Source of the DNA: Candidatus Omnitrophota bacterium
Lineage (GTDB): Bacteria; Omnitrophota; Omnitrophia; Omnitrophales; JACQQS01
Reading direction: 5' to 3'
Assembly: GCA_016206925.1 (NCBI GenBank)
Contig: JACQQS010000028.1
Span: 1 to 62,514 of the forward strand
DNA length: 62,514 nt
Shown here: positions 20,173 to 29,312 of the stretch, piece after piece
Layout: every line of letters begins with the position of its first letter
How positions within the stretch are numbered: position 1 is the first letter of the stretch
Translations under genes and position numbers: made by a program
Notes under the pieces: generated by a model
Database searches by the model: none
What the model was told of the DNA's origin: nothing
Seen by the model: only the letters and a program-made list of their open reading frames with translations

Positions 20173-20212
20173 ACTCCGATACTCCGTTACTCCGTTACTC
20201 CATTACTCCCTC
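20173..20212. repeat. octamer tandem array (ACTCCGTT)
   Basis: ACTCCGAT ACTCCGTT ACTCCGTT ACTCCATT ACTCCCTC. Confidence 0.85.
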
Positions 20213-20238
20213 TCGCTCTTCCGCCGTTTCACCCATAC

Positions 20239-22077
20239 TCACTCCACGGTGACGCTTTTCGCGAGGTTCCGCGGTTGATCGACATCCGTTCCGCGGAGCG
20301 TCGCCACATAATAGGCAAGATACTGCAAAGGCAGAACGCTTAGAAAGGGCGACAAAAATTCGCTCGTTTCCGGAATGTAAATCACGTCATCAGCCAGCCT
20401 TTCAATCGCCGTATTCCCTTCTGTTGTGACAACAATAAGCTTTCCGGACCGGGCCTTCACTTCCTGAATATTTGAAACCATCTTTTCGTACACGGACGAC
20501 TCGGGCATGATGGCCACGACCGGCATGTTTTCATCGATGAGCGCAATGGGACCGTGCTTCATTTCGCCGGCCGGATGCCCCGTCGCATGAATGTAGGCAA
20601 TTTCCTTGATCTTCAGCGCACCTTCGTGTGCGTTCGGATAGTTAATGCCCCGCGCCAGGAATAGAAAATCGCGGGCCTGGAAATATTTCTCGGCGATTTC
20701 CAGTACCCGGTCCTTGGCTGAGATAATCTTCCGCATTTTATCCGGCAGCTCCCGGAATTCATCGGCCAGTCTTCTGTAAGTGCCTTCGTTGACGGAGCCG
20801 CGTTCGCGCGCCCACCAAAGGCTGAGTGCAAACAAGACCCCGAGCTGGGCCGTATAGGCTTTCGTGGAAGCCACGCCGATTTCAGGGCCTGCATGCGTGT
20901 AAATAACCGCGTCGGATTCACGCGTAACCGTACTGCCGAGCACATTGCAAATGGAAAGCGCCTTAAAGCCGCTCTGCTTCGCGTGGCGCAGGCCCATCAG
21001 CGTATCGATCGTCTCGCCCGATTGCGTGATGGAGAGAAGTAATTCTTTTTTTTGAGGAATGAGTTTGCGGTAGCGAAATTCGGAAGACACATCGACTTCC
21101 GCCGGAATGCCGGACAGGCTCTCAAAGAAAAACTTTCCGGTAAGCGCTGCGTGCCATGACGTACCGCAGGCTTGTATCACGACGCGCTCGACTTTTTTTA
21201 ACTGCGAAACGTCAAACCGCAACACGTCGAAAAGTTTGGGTTCCCCGCCATTTTCAAAACGCATACGGAAAAGACGATCGATAACAGCGGGCTGCTCCTC
21301 AATTTCCTTGAGCATAAAGTGCTCAAAACCTTCCTTGCTGACATCCTTCGCGTCCCAATCGATGCGCACCACTTTTTCTCTGATGCGTTCCCCGGCGTTG
21401 GAGGTGATCTTAACCTCATCCCTTGATACAACCGCCATTTGGTAATCCTCAAGAAAAACGGCATTTCGGGTAAAATCAACGATGGCCGGAGCATCGGAAG
21501 CGACAAAATTCTCTCCGTTGCCGAGGCCCACCACAAGCGGGCTCCCATTTCTGGCCGCTATAAAAACATTTTCTTCACGGCTGCTGACGACACAGAAGGC
21601 ATAACTGCCCTTGATTTCACCGATGGTCCTCCGGACAGATTCCTCCAATCCACAGCCCTGGATTACATGAAATCGCTCGATGAGGTGCGCCAGCACTTCG
21701 GTGTCGGTGTCCGAAGTAAACTTGTGCCCCTCCCGGATTAAATGCGATTTTAATGTATCGTGGTTTTCAATGATGCCGTTATGAACGATGGCCACCGTGT
21801 TTGTGCAATCAGAATGCGGATGGGCGTTTCGTTCGGACGGCTCGCCGTGCGTCGCCCAGCGCGTATGGCCGATGCCGAGCGTTCCTGCAACCGGATTTTC
21901 CTTGACACGCATGACGAGGCGCGTAAGTTTCCCGGGCTCTTTCAAAATCGAAAGGGTTCCTTGATTTACCGTCGCGAGTCCGGCCGAGTCGTAGCCGCGG
22001 TATTCAAGGCGCGACAACGCTTTCAAGAGAACTGTGTCGATTTTCCTGCTGCCAATGTAACCTACAATTCCGCACAT
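20239..22077 (-). CDS. glmS: glutamine--fructose-6-phosphate transaminase
   Basis: MCGIVG, GHTRWATHG, QSGET, PRNLAKSVTVE. Confidence 0.97.
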   Translation of the reverse strand: MCGIVGYIGSRKIDTVLLKALSRLEYRGYDSAGLATVNQGTLSILKEPGKLTRLVMRVKENPVAGTLGIGHTRWATHGEPSERNAHPHSDCTNTVAIVHNGIIENHDTLKSHLIREGHKFTSDTDTEVLAHLIERFHVIQGCGLEESVRRTIGEIKGSYAFCVVSSREENVFIAARNGSPLVVGLGNGENFVASDAPAIVDFTRNAVFLEDYQMAVVSRDEVKITSNAGERIREKVVRIDWDAKDVSKEGFEHFMLKEIEEQPAVIDRLFRMRFENGGEPKLFDVLRFDVSQLKKVERVVIQACGTSWHAALTGKFFFESLSGIPAEVDVSSEFRYRKLIPQKKELLLSITQSGETIDTLMGLRHAKQSGFKALSICNVLGSTVTRESDAVIYTHAGPEIGVASTKAYTAQLGVLFALSLWWARERGSVNEGTYRRLADEFRELPDKMRKIISAKDRVLEIAEKYFQARDFLFLARGINYPNAHEGALKIKEIAYIHATGHPAGEMKHGPIALIDENMPVVAIMPESSVYEKMVSNIQEVKARSGKLIVVTTEGNTAIERLADDVIYIPETSEFLSPFLSVLPLQYLAYYVATLRGTDVDQPRNLAKSVTVE

Positions 22078-22168
22078 AAGAATAAATCCCTTTCGTACTA
22101 TGCAATCAAAATAGCTAGATAAGGCACAAGCGCCGACGGGGCAACCGGTTAAAGCGTGCAAGCCAAAT

Positions 22169-23134
22169 TTATTTCGAAGCGGCTATCCGTGCAAACTCGG
22201 GCTGGGTTAAAAACCAATCCACCGTTTTGTGGAGCCCTTCGCGAAAGCGGGTCTGCACCTTAAACCCCAGCTGTTTTTCCGCTTTTGTAATATCCGCGTA
22301 CGTGCGCCGGACATCGCCGGCGCGCTTGGGTTGAAAGGAGGGTTCAATATTGCGGATCTTCAGAATATCTTTAAGGCCGTTAAAGATATCGATGACCGAA
22401 AATTCTTCGTGACAGGCAACGTTGAAGATTTCACCCGCAACTCCTTTCGCCAGCGCCGCCCGAATATTGCCTTCGACCACATTATCAACATACGAAAAAT
22501 CCCTGGATTGTTTCCCATCCCAGTGGATTTCGGGCGACTTGCCTTTCAAAAGGCAGTCGATAAAAATCGGTATGACGGCGGAATATTTCGATTCGGGATT
22601 CTGGCGCGGCCCAAAAACATTAAAGTACCTAAGGCTCACCGTCTCCAGACCGTACAGTTTCGTAAATATCCTGCAGTAATACTCGCCCATGATTTTGGAT
22701 GCGGCATAGGGAGACTGTGGATTGGGTGTATCCGCTTCCTGACAGGGGAACTTCTCCGTATCGCCATAAACAGATGAGGATGAAGAAAAGATGACACGCT
22801 TTGCCTTTAAATCGCGGGCCGCCAGAAGTACATTCAGCATGCCTGTGACGTTAACGTCGGTGGTTTCTCGGGGGTCATCCACGGAACGCAAAACCGCTCT
22901 TAGCGCGGCTACGTGAAAAACGTGTTCCACTCCCCGCACGGCATCACGTACGGCCGATTCGTCCCGCAGGTCCCCGACAATAAGATCGATTTTGGAAGCG
23001 ACGCGCGCGAGATTCTCGCGCTTTCCGGTCGATAAATTATCGAAGACGCGAACATCGCACCCGCGCTCGACCAACGCATCGACAATATGGGAACCGATGA
23101 ATCCCGCTCCGCCGGTAACCAGACACTTTGGCAT
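22169..23134 (-). CDS. NAD-dependent epimerase (WbpP/WbmH-like SDR)
   Basis: GGAGFIGSH, YAASK, RYFNVFGPRQ, RAGDV. Confidence 0.9.
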   Translation of the reverse strand: MPKCLVTGGAGFIGSHIVDALVERGCDVRVFDNLSTGKRENLARVASKIDLIVGDLRDESAVRDAVRGVEHVFHVAALRAVLRSVDDPRETTDVNVTGMLNVLLAARDLKAKRVIFSSSSSVYGDTEKFPCQEADTPNPQSPYAASKIMGEYYCRIFTKLYGLETVSLRYFNVFGPRQNPESKYSAVIPIFIDCLLKGKSPEIHWDGKQSRDFSYVDNVVEGNIRAALAKGVAGEIFNVACHEEFSVIDIFNGLKDILKIRNIEPSFQPKRAGDVRRTYADITKAEKQLGFKVQTRFREGLHKTVDWFLTQPEFARIAASK

Positions 23135-23163
23135 TAAAGTTCCTCTATTTGAAGCACCCTCAC

Positions 23164-23190
23164 GTAGGCGGGGCAAGATGCCCCGCCTAC
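23164..23190. repeat. GTAG-type REP hairpin
   Basis: GTAGGCGGGGCAAGATGCCCCGCCTAC. Confidence 0.85.
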
Positions 23191-23196
23191 GTCCCT

Positions 23197-24165
23197 CTAT
23201 TTCTTGCTCTGCAATTTCTTTTCCCACCAAGCGGCCAATCTGTTTTCGAAACCCTGCAGCCGTTCACCCACAACTTTCACTCGCCGGCGAATCCGTTGCT
23301 TGGCCCCTTCTTGTTCTCCCGGTTTATAGTTATATGAATAGCCGTAGTCGTAGCGATACTCGGATGTTTGAAACTCCACATTGGTCAGTACATAGCCGAG
23401 CATCTTGGCGCCGGCCTGCTTAAAAAGCATGTTCGAGTGCGCAACGATGCTCTTCGGCGTCCTGCCCAGCTGAATGATCATCAGTACGCCATCAGCTTCG
23501 TGGGACAGAATTCCGGCATCGGCCACCGCCATGATAGGCGGAGAATCGATCACGATATAATCAAAATGGTTTCTAAGCTCGGCAATCAGGATTTTAAACC
23601 TGTTGGAGCTGATCAAACCGGAAGGGTTTGATAATGCCTCGCCTCTCGGCATGATGACGAGGTTTTCCTTTGCATTTCTAAACATCACTTTCTTCGGCGA
23701 AAGCCCGTTTGTGTCAGCCAAAAACTCATGCAAACCCTGCCGCTTTCCGCCGAGCCCGAGATAATCGGCAACCCTGCCGCGTCTGAGATCGCCATCGATC
23801 AAAGCCACCTTCGCGTCGCCGCTTTCGGCCAAAGACATGGCCAAATTGGCGGCCGTAACTGTCTTGCCCTCGTTATGAATAGAGCTTGAAACAAGAATAA
23901 CCTGGGCTCTTTCCTTATCCAGATTCGTTTTTAAATTCATACGCAGTATTCGATACTGCTCCGCAATCAGAGAATTCTGGAAATGATGGGTCACAATGCT
24001 GTGCTCGGGAACGGTATTCTTGACCTCTGACACCCCCTGAATCCAGGACGGGCGCCGGTCGGGCTCGGTGTCCGGCACAGAGAAAGCCGGAAGCGGTCTT
24101 CCCGGTTCGGTTTCCTCCTGCTTCAGGTCCTGAAGTTTTTCCAACGCTTTAGTAAACTTGCTCAT
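23197..24165 (-). CDS. CpsD/CapB tyrosine-protein kinase
   Basis: EGKT Walker A, IDGDLR, IDSPP, Tyr-rich tail YRYDYGYSYNY. Confidence 0.92.
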   Translation of the reverse strand: MSKFTKALEKLQDLKQEETEPGRPLPAFSVPDTEPDRRPSWIQGVSEVKNTVPEHSIVTHHFQNSLIAEQYRILRMNLKTNLDKERAQVILVSSSIHNEGKTVTAANLAMSLAESGDAKVALIDGDLRRGRVADYLGLGGKRQGLHEFLADTNGLSPKKVMFRNAKENLVIMPRGEALSNPSGLISSNRFKILIAELRNHFDYIVIDSPPIMAVADAGILSHEADGVLMIIQLGRTPKSIVAHSNMLFKQAGAKMLGYVLTNVEFQTSEYRYDYGYSYNYKPGEQEGAKQRIRRRVKVVGERLQGFENRLAAWWEKKLQSKK

Positions 24166-24991
24166 ATCTTTTTTCTCCTCGAAAACGAAGTTCTGTGATG
24201 GTCTCCTCAACCATAAAGGGCGTAACCACCCTCGTTTCTTCCAGGCAGCCCGTCAACAGTGCGTGATCACATAAAAGATTTATCAAGCGCGGGATGCCGC
24301 GCGAATATCGATAGACCACCGCCACGGCGCCGGCATTAAAAATCGGGTCCATCCACTGGTCCTCGCTGCGCACGCGGTTCAGCCTATGCAGGATATAATC
24401 GCTGGTTTCGGATTCGGTCAGCGGTTGAAGGTGGTAATGGACGGCGATGCGCTGCCTCAACTGCTCCAGCTTCGGCGTATCAATCTTTTTTCTGAGTTCC
24501 GGCTGGCCCACCAAAACAACCTGAATCAATTTCTCTTTCTCTGTTTCCAGATTGGACAGCATGCGCACTTCCTCAAGACAGCGGGGTGATAGATTCTGCG
24601 CCTCATCGATCACAAGAACAACGGTCTTATCTTCGGATGCCTGGCGGATCAAATACTCATTTAATTGGAGCAAGAGTCTTTCTTTTATGCCCATCTGATA
24701 GGGAACGCCGAGGTCTTCCAGAAGCATGTACAAAATCCCCTTCGGAGAAATATGGGTATTGGTGATCAGCGCGGTTTTAACACTTTCGCCGAGGCGCCTC
24801 AGAAACGTGCGGGCTACGGTAGTCTTTCCCGAACCAATTTCACCTGTCACTACGACAAAACCCTTGCGCCGGCGAATAGCGTAAAGCAAAGCATCCAGCG
24901 CCGACTTATGTTTCTCCGATGGAAAGAAAAAACTTGAATCGGGCGTCTGATTAAACGGGTTTTCTTTAAATCCGTAAAAGCTGTTATACAC
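24149..24991 (-). CDS. ExeA-like AAA ATPase (PEP-CTERM/EPS-locus type)
   Basis: MYNSFYGFKENPF, GEIGSGKT, IDEAQNL, LVGQPEL, GIPRLIN. Confidence 0.9.
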   Translation of the reverse strand: MYNSFYGFKENPFNQTPDSSFFFPSEKHKSALDALLYAIRRRKGFVVVTGEIGSGKTTVARTFLRRLGESVKTALITNTHISPKGILYMLLEDLGVPYQMGIKERLLLQLNEYLIRQASEDKTVVLVIDEAQNLSPRCLEEVRMLSNLETEKEKLIQVVLVGQPELRKKIDTPKLEQLRQRIAVHYHLQPLTESETSDYILHRLNRVRSEDQWMDPIFNAGAVAVVYRYSRGIPRLINLLCDHALLTGCLEETRVVTPFMVEETITELRFRGEKRYEQVY

Positions 24992-26198
24992 TGGCCATTC
25001 TCCTCAAACGGTCGCCGGCCAAAAGCTCTTCGGGCCGGATGGTACCGATCACGCCCAATATCGGAAGTTCCAGCAAGAACCGGGCTTCATCGACATTACG
25101 AATGGAGTTATCGCTCAATTCGGCAATGCACACGGCAATACTTCCCAATCCGAGGCCAACCAGAAAACCCGCAACAAGCATCAGAAAAGGATTTGGCTTT
25201 ACCGGCTTAAGCGGCAGACGGGCCGGTTCAAGAATGCGGAACTTGGTTCCTTTCTCGGAGCTTTCCAAGCGATGCGAAATCTTGGCCGCTTCCAGTTTCT
25301 GCAGAAGCGATTCATAAATACCGGCATTGACGAAGTAATCGCGCTGCAGCTTGGCCAGCTGCTGCTCCTGACGAGGTACGCTGGTAATGAGATTTGCGTA
25401 TTCGGTCGCATCGATATTTACCCCTTCTTCCTGAGCCATCTTAATTTGCTTATCACGCTGGCTTTCAAGATGCGTAATGAGGTTTCGGGTTTCGATAACG
25501 CGCGGATGCGCTTCGGTATTTTCCGTAAGCAATCGGTTGAGTTCGATCTTGAGAGCGACCAGCTGCTCATTCATGCGTGTCGCGATGGGCAGATTGGCAT
25601 TGTAGATTTCCTTGAAGTCCCGCAAGTCCTCTTCCGATTTTTCAAGATTCGTGCGGTACATTTCAAGTTCTTCCTCAATAAAACTGATGGCGCTATTCGC
25701 ATCTGTGTCCTGTGAGGTAAGACTCCCTTCTATGATAATTTCGCCAAGCGTATGGACAATATCCTGCGCCCGCTTTGGATCCGGTCCTTCAAAACTTACC
25801 GTAATGATATTCGTGCCCCGCAGTTTGATTTGAATATGCTCACGCAGATCTTTGATTAAACGCTCATATTCATAAGGCGTCTTTACGATTTTATCCAGCT
25901 TCAGTTCCTCAACCAAACGGGTTAGGCGCGTCCAGGACAAAAGCTCTTCTCGGAGCGTTCCCAAACGCTCGCTTACACGGGTCGAAATAGCCAGGCCGCG
26001 GATCAGCGGATTCAGGATTTGTTCTTCCTCTACGAGCAGAACGGTCTCGGCACGATACGTCTTGGGAAGAAACAGGCACATCACGAGCGAGAAAACAACA
26101 CATACCGCGATAGAGCCGAAGAAAATCCTCTTGTGCCGCAGAACCATGTAGTAATACTCACGAAGTCTTAATGAGCTCGAAAAATTCTGTAAATTCAT
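24984..26198 (-). CDS. polysaccharide chain-length determinant (Wzz/Wzc-N)
   Basis: two TM flanking coiled coil, HPRV, EPARLPLKPVKP. Confidence 0.88.
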   Translation of the reverse strand: MNLQNFSSSLRLREYYYMVLRHKRIFFGSIAVCVVFSLVMCLFLPKTYRAETVLLVEEEQILNPLIRGLAISTRVSERLGTLREELLSWTRLTRLVEELKLDKIVKTPYEYERLIKDLREHIQIKLRGTNIITVSFEGPDPKRAQDIVHTLGEIIIEGSLTSQDTDANSAISFIEEELEMYRTNLEKSEEDLRDFKEIYNANLPIATRMNEQLVALKIELNRLLTENTEAHPRVIETRNLITHLESQRDKQIKMAQEEGVNIDATEYANLITSVPRQEQQLAKLQRDYFVNAGIYESLLQKLEAAKISHRLESSEKGTKFRILEPARLPLKPVKPNPFLMLVAGFLVGLGLGSIAVCIAELSDNSIRNVDEARFLLELPILGVIGTIRPEELLAGDRLRRMASV

Positions 26199-26225
26199 TT
26201 AATTCTCCTCTAAACTTTCGAATTC

Positions 26226-26302
26226 GTCATTGCGTAAATCTCGTAGGCGGGGCTTCCAGCCCCGCGTCATCCCTGTTAGATCCCCGCTTGCGCGGGGATG
26301 AC
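26226..26302. repeat. cluster of REP-like palindromes (three types abutting)
   Basis: GTCATTGCG; GTAGGCGGGGCTTCCAGCCCCGC; GATCCCCGCTTGCGCGGGGATGAC. Confidence 0.8.
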
Positions 26303-26309
26303 ATCCATG

Positions 26310-26423
26310 TCAGCTTTCGATCATGTTCCATAAGTTGAGAACAATGCGCACGCCAAGCCGCGCGCCCAGGACAATCAGGGGCCAAAAAAATAGCGTATGG
26401 TAATATCTTAACTTTCTCATCAT
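26310..26423 (-). CDS. putative 37-aa hydrophobic peptide between REPs
   Basis: MMRKLRYYHTLFFWPLIVLGARLGVRIVLNLWNMIES*; AGGA upstream. Confidence 0.3.
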   Translation of the reverse strand: MMRKLRYYHTLFFWPLIVLGARLGVRIVLNLWNMIES

Positions 26424-26432
26424 CCAAATCCT

Positions 26433-26454
26433 GTAGGCGGGGCGCCCCGGCTAC
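26433..26454. repeat. GTAG-type REP (shortened)
   Basis: GTAGGCGGGGCGCCCCGGCTAC. Confidence 0.75.
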
Positions 26455-26459
26455 AACCT

Positions 26460-27476
26460 TTAATTCAAAAAGCCGTCTTGGTTGCCGTAGGCCAGTTCAT
26501 AAACAGCAGAGGCCTGGAAAAGCGGGCCGACCAACTTCGAGAAACTATTTACAAACTTATCGAAGTATTTCTGATGTACAACAATGGTATCTCCCGGCTC
26601 CAAGAAGAAATCCTCTGCGGCATTTCCTTTAATGATCAGGTCCTTGAGATTTACCTTTTTACTTACGGCTTTGCCGTCCTCGGTTAAATTTGACGGCCTG
26701 ACGACATATACCCGCTTCATGGAGCCGTCTTCTCGAGGAAGACCGGCCGCCACGATAGCTTCCTTTACCGTAATTTGATCGCCCTTCATTGCGTATTTGC
26801 CCTGCCGATTCACATAGCCGAACACAAATACATATTTACTGCGGTAATCCGAGATCATGACGGCCACTTCCGGATAACGCACAAACTTCTTCAACGACTC
26901 ACCGATGTCTTTTCTAAGTTCATCCTTGGTTTTACCGGCAGCTTTAATATCGCCGGCAAAGCTGTACTGGATGTTTCCTTCCGGATCCACTACAAAGCGC
27001 CCGGAAAAATCAGGCTGGTTACGCACAATCACCGTAACGACATCATCAATACCCAGCGTATATTTAGCCCCTTCTCCGATCACTTCAATATAGGGAGAAT
27101 AACGCGAAAACGGAGATACCTCCTGCGCTCCGTAAGGATCCGTAGGCTGCGGACCGGCGCCCTGAACAATGCCGGGGAATCCGGGGTTGGCCGACATATA
27201 TTGCTGCTGAAGAGCTCCCGCACTGTAGGGAGACTGCATAAAACTGGCGTAAGGGCTAAATTGCGCTCCATAACCGGTTGAATACCCAACCGGCACCAGA
27301 GGTGATGCCCCCGGCGGCGTTTGGCTTGACGGACTATTTGCCGCGTAGCTCAAATCATTCGGATTGCCTGCATAGGAGAGGTCTTCGGCAAAACTATTGG
27401 CTACCGACATTAGAATGATGGAAATTAGAAACGCGAAGAAAACGCTGTGGATTTGAATTTGTTTTGGACTTTTCAT
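26460..27476 (-). CDS. polysaccharide export protein (Wza/OPX)
   Basis: signal peptide; YTLGIDD, VDPEGNI, G.VNRQGKY, LEPGDTIVV. Confidence 0.88.
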   Translation of the reverse strand: MKSPKQIQIHSVFFAFLISIILMSVANSFAEDLSYAGNPNDLSYAANSPSSQTPPGASPLVPVGYSTGYGAQFSPYASFMQSPYSAGALQQQYMSANPGFPGIVQGAGPQPTDPYGAQEVSPFSRYSPYIEVIGEGAKYTLGIDDVVTVIVRNQPDFSGRFVVDPEGNIQYSFAGDIKAAGKTKDELRKDIGESLKKFVRYPEVAVMISDYRSKYVFVFGYVNRQGKYAMKGDQITVKEAIVAAGLPREDGSMKRVYVVRPSNLTEDGKAVSKKVNLKDLIIKGNAAEDFFLEPGDTIVVHQKYFDKFVNSFSKLVGPLFQASAVYELAYGNQDGFLN

Positions 27477-27527
27477 TTGTATATGTTCCTCTCGCTTGAG
27501 CGACTCCCTTCGGGTTTCGTGCAATCC

Positions 27528-27746
27528 CTAGACTTCGTATACCGCTGTAGTAATTTTCTCGATGTCGGAAATTTCAGCTTCTGTGTAGGAACGCCAGCCC
27601 TTCCAGTCACGCTTCGCTTTTTTTATGCGACCGGCTTTTTCCCAACGAATAATTGTTTTTACCGTTACGCCGACGCGATCGGCAACCTCTGTAATCGTCA
27701 ATCGCTTGCCATTGTCATCCACGATTGAAAACCTCCGTTTGTTCAA
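27528..27746 (-). CDS. stand-alone MerR-type wHTH protein
   Basis: LTITEVADRVGVTVKTIIRWEKAG..RD..GWRSYT. Confidence 0.85.
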   Translation of the reverse strand: MNKRRFSIVDDNGKRLTITEVADRVGVTVKTIIRWEKAGRIKKAKRDWKGWRSYTEAEISDIEKITTAVYEV

Positions 27747-27871
27747 TACTACTGTACTGTTCTAGCCGTTATGAACTGCTTAGTGCTCTTGCATGAAGAA
27801 TGATGCCTTGAAATATTCTGGCTGCCCTTTGTCCATTATTGACCGGGGCTGTCCGGTAGAGTCTAGGTATG

Positions 27872-27888
27872 AGCAGTTTCTATGCCAA
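27872..27888 (-). promoter_or_regulatory. sigma54 -24/-12 promoter of the EPS operon
   Basis: minus strand TTGGCATAGAAACTGCT (GG-N10-GC), flanked by an AT-rich tract. Confidence 0.6.
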
Positions 27889-28225
27889 AAGCCTATAAAC
27901 TGCATATAACGCAAAAAGATCTCTTAGCCACTTATAAATCGAGTAACTTCCGAATAGGATATCTCAACAACTAAATATTGACCTAAGTTCAAAAGTTAGC
28001 CTCTGTTGAATAAAAAAATAGACCATTTTAATAAAATTGTGAAATTTTTATCATAACTTATTTATTAGTAAGTTTTTATATAGCGTTTAAAAAAGTAAAC
28101 GATAAACTGCTCTTCCGTACAAAATTGGTTTCACTCTTAAAACATACGGTTTGCAGAAGTTGCCTTTTATAGGTTACTCTTATAGGCGGAACACTGTCCC
28201 TTCAAAGGGATGGTACCAAGGAAGG

Positions 28226-28642
28226 ATGAAAATGGCGATTGAATTAAATAGCGAGGCAGGAACGCGAATTCTCGTTGTCGATGATGATATTGACACGTTG
28301 CAACTCCTAAAAATCAGGCTCTCCGGAGCCAATTACCATGTCCTTTCAGCGTCCTCAGGTATCGAGGCATTGCGCCGGGCAAAGACGGACTCTCCCGACC
28401 TTATTCTTTTAGACGTTGTTATGAAAGACATGAGCGGCTTCGAGGTATGCTTCCTCTTAAAGCAAGACATAGCGACTCAGCATATTCCAGTGATCATGTT
28501 AACTCAAAAAGACAATCCCGAAGATATGTATAAAGGCCTTCAGTCTGGCGCAACATGCTACCATACAAAGCCTTACAATCCATCCGCTCTTCTCGAAGAG
28601 ATTCGACTCGCCATAAACTCCAGTTTTAGTCTCTGTAAGTAG
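28226..28642 (+). CDS. single-domain response regulator
   Basis: ILVVDDD, LILLDVVM, MLT, KPY. Confidence 0.9.
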   Translation: MKMAIELNSEAGTRILVVDDDIDTLQLLKIRLSGANYHVLSASSGIEALRRAKTDSPDLILLDVVMKDMSGFEVCFLLKQDIATQHIPVIMLTQKDNPEDMYKGLQSGATCYHTKPYNPSALLEEIRLAINSSFSLCK

Positions 28643-28802
28643 ATTCAAAAAATAACTTATGTAAATTTCATAATATTTTTCTGCCACTTATATTGGTATT
28701 GCTTCATCGATTTGATACTTATCGGAACGTCTGCTAATCTTTACGTAGCAGTTCTGAGGGCCTAAATTTAACTCCTAAAGGATGGGAGGTCTCGAATGCA
28801 TC

Positions 28803-29216
28803 ATGGACGGCAAAAAGGGCAAACGCATACTCATCGTCGAAGACGAACATCAAATAGCTCACCTACTTGAGCAACGACTTAAGCGGCTTGGCTTCAATGT
28901 ACTTTTGGCTTACACAGGCGAAGCCGCGCTCAAATTAATAGAAAAAGACAAGCCCAATCTAATCCTTCTCGATGTGATGTTGCCCGGCATAGACGGATAC
29001 TCCGTTTTAAGACAAATCCGCCAGCACGAGCATTCCCACAACGCACAGAAACAAGTGCCGGTCATCATGCAGTCTGCACGCGGACTCCCGACCGAAATAC
29101 TCTGTGAAAGTGAAGGGATTTCCGGCTATGTCCGCAAGCCGTACGAAATTACCGAATTGCTCGGTGCAATTTCTGAAGCATTGGATGAAGAAGAGTACAA
29201 CCCCCAGAATGGCTAG
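28803..29216 (+). CDS. single-domain response regulator
   Basis: ILIVEDE, LILLDVMLP, QSA, KPY. Confidence 0.9.
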   Translation: MDGKKGKRILIVEDEHQIAHLLEQRLKRLGFNVLLAYTGEAALKLIEKDKPNLILLDVMLPGIDGYSVLRQIRQHEHSHNAQKQVPVIMQSARGLPTEILCESEGISGYVRKPYEITELLGAISEALDEEEYNPQNG

Positions 29217-29312
29217 ACGCTCATAAGTTGTTTTGTTATAATCCCGACCTCAGAGAGCAAGATCTCGTCATTCAGTATTAAATCCCCGTAGAACAGGTGA
29301 ATCGAGGCTGCC

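Noticed and set aside
19679-20212. CRISPR or DGR interpretation of the short arrays
   Set aside because: No spacers, cas genes, reverse transcriptase or TR/VR pair in the window
26227-26427. 66-aa ORF ending SSPRKRGS
   Set aside because: C-terminal part is translation of REP sequence
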